In this document: positions 57,948 through 64,000 of the stretch, in pieces
Numbering within the stretch: the stretch's first letter is position 1
Layout: the number at the start of each line of letters is the position of its first letter
Source of the DNA: an uncultured bacterium
GTDB taxonomy: Bacteria; Verrucomicrobiota; Verrucomicrobiia; Verrucomicrobiales; DEV007
Direction: 5' to 3'
Length of the DNA stretch: 64,000 bases
Assembly: GCA_963977015.1 (NCBI GenBank)
Contig: CAXBMO010000008.1
Coordinates: 186,329-250,328 of the forward strand
Program-made: the position numbers and the translations under genes
The notes under the pieces: model-generated
Told to the model about the DNA's origin: nothing
Database searches by the model: none
Seen by the model: the letters and a program-made list of their open reading frames with translations, nothing else

Positions 57948-58190
57948 GTGTTGGTGAATAGCACCCGCTACGGCAAGAACGGCGAGGCGGTTGCTGCGAT
58001 TGATCCCAACGGTATCGAAACGCGCTGGGTCAACGACGCGGTCGGTCGCCGCATCCGTCTCTTGGAAGGCATTGAATGTAGCGGTGTTTGTCAAAACGTC
58101 GTCCCCGAAGCCCCCAGAATCACCGAGTTCGCCTACAACGCCGACGGCCAGATGATCCGCCTCACCCTCTTCAACGACGAAACCGGCAAC
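57948..58190 (+). pseudogene. Rhs/YD-repeat fragment
   Basis: TRYGKNGE...IDPNGIETRW..DAVGRRI..TEFAYNADGQ; similarity lost after ~58190. Confidence 0.7.
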
Positions 58191-58255
58191 CGGAGATCTC
58201 GTATGGACAGGTTCGTTTTGGCTTGGGCCACGTCGAGGCGAACAAGATCGAAACT

Positions 58256-58366
58256 TGGAGGGCGACCGCTCCGTCGTCGCCGTGGCTTCCTGCACCACCG
58301 CGCCCGGTTTCCGCACCCCACCCGAGCCACTTAAAATATCGGCGATGACAGGAGCATCGCCCTCCA
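58256..58366. repeat. REP doublet (REPIN-like inverted repeat)
   Basis: TGGAGGGCGACCGCTCCGTCGTCGCCG (58256-58282) inverted against CGGCGATGACAGGAGCATCGCCCTCCA (58340-58366). Confidence 0.7.
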
Positions 58367-58378
58367 GAACTTCCAGAT

Positions 58379-60079
58379 TTGGGGCTTGGCTGGTACGTGA
58401 ACGTGCTTTATCCTGACCCTTCGGTGAACCTGACCTACATCAAAGCCGCGAGCCAACATGTTGGCGACGCCGGTGATCCTTACACCGGCTACGACCGGTT
58501 TGGTCGCACCGTGGAGATGCTCTGGGAAACGACGCCGGGCGAAGCCGAGCGCGACCATTTCGTGTGGGGCTACGACCGGGCCAGCAACCGCACCTGGAAA
58601 GCCAACCTCGCCGCCAGTTCCGGTCAGGACGAGCACTACGGGTATGACGGGCTCTATCAAGTCACCGAAGCCGACCGCGGCAACCTGAACTTCAACCTCA
58701 CCGCGATCGGGGCGATCCCGGACAACGCCCAAACCTTCACCTACGATCCGACCGGCAACTGGGATCGGTTCACCAATGCGGACGACGGAACCGAAACCCT
58801 GGACCAAACCCGGGTCAACAATCAGGACAACCAGATCACCCAAATCGACGGCTCCAACACCGGCATCCTCTACGACCGGGCCGGCAACGCCACCCAAATG
58901 CCGCCGGACAAGGACGGGGATTGGAGCAAGTTTTACCGGTTGAAATGGGATGCCTGGAACCGCTTAATCGAGGTCAAAGACATCAATGAAACCGTCGTTG
59001 GCACCTACGCTTACGACGGCACCACCCGCCGAACCACCAAAACCGTCAGTGGCACCACGACGCACTTTTACTACAACGATCAATGGCGGCCCATCGAAGA
59101 ACGGATCGACACCAGCACCAATGCCGAGCGCCAATATTTGTGGGGTAATCGATACCGCGACGACCTCGTGCTACGTGATCGCGACACAAACGGCAACGGC
59201 ACGCTCGATGAGCGGCTTTATGTGACCCATAATTATTTCGACCCGACGGCGATTCTCGATACCTCAGGGAACGTGCAGGAGCGCTATGGGTATAGTGCGT
59301 TTGGGATCAGGAGGATCATGGCAGGGGATTTCTCGAATCGAGCTACGAGTAACTTCGACTGGGAATTCGGATTCCACGGGCAATTTTTGGATCGCGAGAC
59401 TGAGTATTACAACTACGGCTTTAGGTATTATTCTCCACAAATTGGTCGGTGGATTGCCCGCGATCCAATCGAAGAAGAGGGAGGGGAGAATTTATACCTA
59501 AATTCTATCAATGCACCTAACAATCGAATTGATTGGTTAGGCTTAGTGACGCTTTCCTTTAAGGATTGTGATGAAGGTCAGGAATCGAAAATTCGGAAAG
59601 CTATTCCAAGTTCAGAGAACGACATCAAAAATAGTCTAGAACGTTTAAAATTGGTAGGAACCAGTGGTGGAATATTCTCAAAAGCGAAACGCGCTGATAG
59701 CCAGTTCAAAACATGGTTCGGAGACCAGAAGCATCTTGCCTATGTGAAGCAAGTGTTTGAAACAATGAAGAGCTATTTTTCAGGAACTATCGCTTTTGAT
59801 TGCTGCGAAACTAAATGCGAAAGTATTGCCGAGGCAAATAATGTGGATGTAGAAAGGGTGGGTGCCTACGTTCTCGCTGGAGGCAAAGTCGAAATATTCA
59901 CGTGTCCCGCGTTCTGGAACAATACCGATGGCAAAATTACCCATGAGTTGGCCCGCGAGGCCGCACCGGGAAAGGTGTTAGACAAAGGAGGTTATGGGCA
60001 GGGGAATGCAAAGGATGCCGCAAAAGGTGGCACAGGGCACCTCAATGCAGACAACTACAAATACTTCTCCCAACTTTGA
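58379..60079 (+). CDS. Orphan Rhs module 1 (N-terminally truncated core) with M35/aspzincin-like C-terminal toxin
   Basis: YD repeats; core end YNYGFRYYSPQIGRW..RDPIEE.GG.NLY..DWLGL; C-terminal domain 59546-60079 with F.TWFG, AYV, CPAFW, HELAR, D..YG, NADNYKYF; no convincing start. Confidence 0.88.
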   Translation: MGLGWYVNVLYPDPSVNLTYIKAASQHVGDAGDPYTGYDRFGRTVEMLWETTPGEAERDHFVWGYDRASNRTWKANLAASSGQDEHYGYDGLYQVTEADRGNLNFNLTAIGAIPDNAQTFTYDPTGNWDRFTNADDGTETLDQTRVNNQDNQITQIDGSNTGILYDRAGNATQMPPDKDGDWSKFYRLKWDAWNRLIEVKDINETVVGTYAYDGTTRRTTKTVSGTTTHFYYNDQWRPIEERIDTSTNAERQYLWGNRYRDDLVLRDRDTNGNGTLDERLYVTHNYFDPTAILDTSGNVQERYGYSAFGIRRIMAGDFSNRATSNFDWEFGFHGQFLDRETEYYNYGFRYYSPQIGRWIARDPIEEEGGENLYLNSINAPNNRIDWLGLVTLSFKDCDEGQESKIRKAIPSSENDIKNSLERLKLVGTSGGIFSKAKRADSQFKTWFGDQKHLAYVKQVFETMKSYFSGTIAFDCCETKCESIAEANNVDVERVGAYVLAGGKVEIFTCPAFWNNTDGKITHELAREAAPGKVLDKGGYGQGNAKDAAKGGTGHLNADNYKYFSQL

Positions 60080-60088
60080 AATCAATAC

Positions 60089-60598
60089 ATGAAGACAACA
60101 ATCTCACTTTCTGTGGCGCTTGTAGTGATCTTAGGTGGGTGTAAATTAATTCAACACCCAAAACAACCAAGCAGGATGATGACTGCGGAGCTTGCATTGA
60201 AAGACGACGGCGAGATTTATGGTATAATCAAAAATATCTCCACGCAGTTCTTAGTTGTTTCAAAAATCGACCTGCCAACGGGTCCGCCCTCAAGTGGAGT
60301 TTACTATAACGTCAAAGCTCCGGATGGTAACGATATTCCCTACCAAGGGATGTTGGTTAGTTTTGAGGGAGTCGATGGATCATTGAAGGTCATGCGTCCC
60401 GGAGGGCGATTCGAGTTTACAATAGACAGTAACGACTATGGCGTATACCCAGGCTGCAAAATTAGGGTAGATACCCGTGTTAGTTTTAAAGTGTTTCACA
60501 CAGAAAAGCGCGCTCAAAGTTTCGCGCAATCTGCAAAACACTGGCACCAACTGGCGAGTTCCCAGTTGGTGACGAGCAACTACGTTGTTATACGATGA
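60089..60598 (+). CDS. Putative immunity lipoprotein (M35 pro-domain-like Ig fold)
   Basis: 9 bp after the toxin stop; lipobox LGGC at Cys18; AT-richer like the toxin tip. Confidence 0.8.
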   Translation: MKTTISLSVALVVILGGCKLIQHPKQPSRMMTAELALKDDGEIYGIIKNISTQFLVVSKIDLPTGPPSSGVYYNVKAPDGNDIPYQGMLVSFEGVDGSLKVMRPGGRFEFTIDSNDYGVYPGCKIRVDTRVSFKVFHTEKRAQSFAQSAKHWHQLASSQLVTSNYVVIR

Positions 60599-60722
60599 TA
60601 GCTCACCTAGAGGCGACTGACACCTGCGTCTGCATCATGGGGGACATTGGTCGAACGACGGGCTCGACGGCATCTACAACCGGATCGAATACACTTACAA
60701 TATCCAGAGCGGAATCACCACG

Positions 60723-62945
60723 ATGCGCGACCCCAACGAGACGGTTCACGTCTATGAGTACGATTTGCTGGGACGCCAGACTCAGGACCGGGTCGTGGCG
60801 TTCGGTGACGACATCGATCAGAGCGTCAAACGCATCGCCACCGGCTATGAGGTGCGCGGCATGGTCGCCACTGTCACCAGCTTCGACCAGTCCGGGGTTG
60901 GAGTCGGAAACGTGGTCAATCAGGTCGCCTACGAATACGATGACTTCGGGCAGCTTTCCAAGGACAGCCAGTCTCACTCCGGGGCGGCCGATGGATCGAC
61001 TCCAGCGGTCAGCTACACCTACGAAGACGGCTCAACCGGCAACACGGCGCGGCGAACTTCCACGGTTTACCCGAACGGCCGCATCGTCGAAACGCTTTAT
61101 GGATCGACAGGCAGCGACAACGACAAACTGAGCCGGGTCGAAGCGCTCAAGATCCAGGGCGAAGGCCAGAACGCGGCCAGCTACGAATATTTGGGGCTTG
61201 GCTGGTACGTGAACGTGCTTTATCCTGAACCTTCGGTGAACCTGACCTACATCAAAGCCGCGAGCCAACACGTTGGCGACGCCGGTGATCCCTACACCGG
61301 TTACGACCGGTTTGGGCGCACCGTGGAGATGCTCTGGGAAACCACGCCGGGCGAAGCCGAGCGCGACCACTTCGTGTGGGGCTACGACCGGGCCAGCAAC
61401 CGCACCTGGAAAGCCAACCTCGCCGCCAGCTCCGGGCAGGACGAACACTACGGGTATGACGAGCTCTATCAGGTGACTGAAGCTGATCGCGGCAACCTGA
61501 ACTTCAACCTCACCGCGATCGGGGCCATCCCGGACAACACCCAAACCTTCACCTACGATCCGACCGGCAACTGGGACCGCTTCACCAACGCCGACGACGG
61601 CACCGAAACCCTCGACCAATCCCGGGTTCACAATCAGGACAACCAGATCACCCAGATCGACGGCTCCAACTCCGGCATCCTCTACGACCGGGCGGGCAAT
61701 GCCACTCAGATGCCGCCGGACAAGAACGGCGATTGGAGCAAGTTTTATCGGTTGAAGTGGGATGCGTGGAATCGGTTGGTGGAGGTGAAGGATGTCGATG
61801 AAGCCGTGGTCGCGGTTTACGCGTATGACGGCACCACCCGCCGCACCACCAAAACCGTCAACGGCACCACGACGCATTTTTACTACAACGATCAGTGGCG
61901 ACCGGTCGAAGAACGACAAGATGCCAGCACCAACGCCGAGCGGCAATACCTCTGGGGGAATCGGTACCGCGATGATCTTGTTTTGCGCGACCGAGACACC
62001 ACCGCCAACGGCACGCTCGACGAGCGGCTCTACGTCACTCACGACTACTTCAACCCGACCGCCATCGTCGACACGTCGGGCGCAGTTCAGGAACGCTACG
62101 GCTACAGTGCGTTTGGTGTTCGGCGGATCATGAGAGCGGACTTCTCAGTTCGTGCAACGAGCAGCTTCGATTGGGAGCTTGGATTCCAGGGACAGTTCCT
62201 CGATCTCGAAACCGAATACTACGACTACGGGTTCCGGTATTACTCACCGCAGATCGGGCGATGGATCAATCGCGATCCCATCGAGGAGAGTGGAGGGGAA
62301 AGTCTGTATAGATTTGTTGATAATTCGTCTATTAGTGGATTAGATTTCCTTGGTCTTGCTTTTGAGGATGGCCCCTATTCCGACAAGTACAAAGCTATTC
62401 AAATAGCTGCGGACAAGGTATCACGAGAAACCGACCGCACGGTTGATCTTGGGTTGCAAACTCGCGACGATGAAATCCGCAGCGGAGATTGGGGAGTTCG
62501 CACCAAAGTAGGCCTCCGAGGTAAATACTACGCTAGATACGCGAGGGGAAATGATTCCGGCTTTACGGACTACCGAGAGCACATAGGAGTAGAAACTGCG
62601 ATCATTATTGACTGCAGATATGATGGGTATTACTTGCGGGAATTGGTGGAAGGCGCCCTTCCTGATGATATAGAAACCCGGGAAGGCCACCAAGGTGGTG
62701 TTTATGCGGGAAGACTCGACGGCTTCGCAACCGTATTGGTTCATTCTCACAACATTTTGACAATCGACGCAAAGTATAACAACGTAAGTAAAAGCAAGGC
62801 ACTTGAAGAAACCCGCCACCCAGTGTATCCAGGCCTTTCCGATCCCGATCATGATGTAGCCCGGGAGAATCCTGGGGTCACAATATGTTCAGTTGGTGAA
62901 GTTGGTGGCCCCGTAGATTGCGCGGGATACCCTGGGGCACCCTAA
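60723..62945 (+). CDS. Orphan Rhs module 2 with JAB/MPN-like (DUF4329-like) C-terminal toxin
   Basis: Rhs similarity starts in frame at ~60654 (NDGLDG); core near-identical to module 1; DFLGL boundary; tip 62358-62945 with E..HSH..SDPD. Confidence 0.88.
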   Translation: MRDPNETVHVYEYDLLGRQTQDRVVAFGDDIDQSVKRIATGYEVRGMVATVTSFDQSGVGVGNVVNQVAYEYDDFGQLSKDSQSHSGAADGSTPAVSYTYEDGSTGNTARRTSTVYPNGRIVETLYGSTGSDNDKLSRVEALKIQGEGQNAASYEYLGLGWYVNVLYPEPSVNLTYIKAASQHVGDAGDPYTGYDRFGRTVEMLWETTPGEAERDHFVWGYDRASNRTWKANLAASSGQDEHYGYDELYQVTEADRGNLNFNLTAIGAIPDNTQTFTYDPTGNWDRFTNADDGTETLDQSRVHNQDNQITQIDGSNSGILYDRAGNATQMPPDKNGDWSKFYRLKWDAWNRLVEVKDVDEAVVAVYAYDGTTRRTTKTVNGTTTHFYYNDQWRPVEERQDASTNAERQYLWGNRYRDDLVLRDRDTTANGTLDERLYVTHDYFNPTAIVDTSGAVQERYGYSAFGVRRIMRADFSVRATSSFDWELGFQGQFLDLETEYYDYGFRYYSPQIGRWINRDPIEESGGESLYRFVDNSSISGLDFLGLAFEDGPYSDKYKAIQIAADKVSRETDRTVDLGLQTRDDEIRSGDWGVRTKVGLRGKYYARYARGNDSGFTDYREHIGVETAIIIDCRYDGYYLRELVEGALPDDIETREGHQGGVYAGRLDGFATVLVHSHNILTIDAKYNNVSKSKALEETRHPVYPGLSDPDHDVARENPGVTICSVGEVGGPVDCAGYPGAP

Positions 62946-62952
62946 TGTACAC

Positions 62953-63471
62953 ATGAAAACGCTCTTCGTTATTTTGCTAATCTCCATCGGCGCTTCAAGT
63001 GCGCAGACAGATAATATTGATGGTCCATCGATGTTTCGTTCACATATCATTAGATGGATAAATTTCTTTCATGGAAGCTCGGATTCGTCGCGAGGTCCTA
63101 GCGGTCAAAAAATTACTGAAGAGTGGGGTGTTTCCATATCGCAAGTAGATACATATAGTGAAGATCCGTATTCCATGATGATGTTGGCAATAAGCGGAAA
63201 ATCCAGATCTGTAGCTGGAGCTGCAGCGTTGCTTGTTACGTTAGAGTGCGAGAAAGACAATGCCATATTTGCCGAGGTCTTCACATTACTAGCTACGCAC
63301 CCTAACTACTCACACCGATCTGCGCTACTAAAAGAGGAGGTCACTACACCTCCACACTGGAGTAGACTTCAAGAAACTATCCCTCTGAGCGAGTTTTTTC
63401 AAGTTGTCTTGGAGCGCCGCATTAATGGTGAAGGTGCAAAGTTGGCGAAATCGGGAAAGAATCAAGATTGA
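62953..63471 (+). CDS. Putative exported immunity protein for module 2
   Basis: 7 bp after the toxin stop; signal peptide MKTLFVILLISIGASSAQ; AT-rich. Confidence 0.78.
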   Translation: MKTLFVILLISIGASSAQTDNIDGPSMFRSHIIRWINFFHGSSDSSRGPSGQKITEEWGVSISQVDTYSEDPYSMMMLAISGKSRSVAGAAALLVTLECEKDNAIFAEVFTLLATHPNYSHRSALLKEEVTTPPHWSRLQETIPLSEFFQVVLERRINGEGAKLAKSGKNQD

Positions 63472-64000
63472 AACGGATCCCTCCGCGCCAAGTTCTATCC
63501 CGAGAGCGATGACGAAGGCGAGCCGCTGAATGACGGGCTCGACGGCATCTACAACCGGATCGAATACACCTACAATCGTCAAGGCAACATCACCACGATG
63601 AAGGATCCCAATGAAACGGTCCATGCCTATCACTACGACCTGCTCGGCCGCCAGACCCAAGACCGGGTCGTGGCGTTCGGCGACGACATCGATCAGGCCG
63701 TAAAGCGCATCGCCACCAGCTATGAAGTGCGCGGCATGGTCGCCACCGTCACCAGTTACGATCAGTCCGGGGTTGGAGTCGGAAACGTGGTCAATCAGGT
63801 CGCCTACGAATACGACGACTTCGGCCAACAGACCAAGGATAGCCAGGCGCATTCCGGAGCGGTCGATGGTTCCACGCCCGCCGTCAGCTACACGCACGCC
63901 GACGGCTCAACCGGCAACACGGCGCGGCGAACTTCCACGGTTTATCCGAACGGCCGCATCGTCGAAACGCTTTATGGATCGACAGGCAGCGACAACGACA
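63472..64000 (+). CDS. Orphan Rhs module 3 (5'-truncated core, runs off the window)
   Basis: Open frame NGSLRAKFYPESDD..NDGLDGIYNRIEYTYNRQG..; 63529-64000 is near-identical to 60654-61125; first ATG at 63598. Confidence 0.85.

Noticed and set aside
58379-64000. Diversity-generating retroelement (TR/VR pair)
   Set aside because: Differences between duplicated cores are mostly synonymous and not adenine-specific; no reverse transcriptase in the window

Overview
Bacterial chromosomal window, most likely Verrucomicrobiota (inferred from a perfect TGTTC-N4-GAACA LexA box, DUF1501, sulfatase and PVC-type gene content). 1-13.8 kb: S10-spc-alpha ribosomal protein cluster (rplC to rpsD with secY and map). 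Its oddities are an exported coiled-coil gene inserted between rpsS and rplV, L22 fused to an HhH/DUF4332-like domain, long low-complexity tails on S3 and S11, an extra C-terminal TM segment on SecY, and no rpsN, rpmD, adk, infA, rpmJ, rpoA or rplQ. 13.9-56.1 kb: housekeeping and accessory genes, including nagA, an FHA-class III cyclase, a TIR-TM-beta-propeller protein, fatty-acid beta-oxidation genes, ndh, sulfatase, tatD, parE, a tandem pseudokinase, an ECF sigma factor, LexA-boxed imuAB without dnaE2, BlaI/M56, accBC and yceI, plus a candidate ~90-nt sRNA. 56.1-58.4 kb: a non-coding patchwork of MITE/REPIN-like hairpin elements and tandem repeats. 58-64 kb: an array of orphan Rhs toxin-immunity modules. 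The most striking inference is that toxin 1 is an M35 (aspzincin) protease domain whose cognate lipoprotein immunity resembles the M35 pro-domain, i.e. a split zymogen. Toxin 2 is JAB/MPN-like with an exported immunity protein. All family assignments are by visual motif recognition; no database searches were run.
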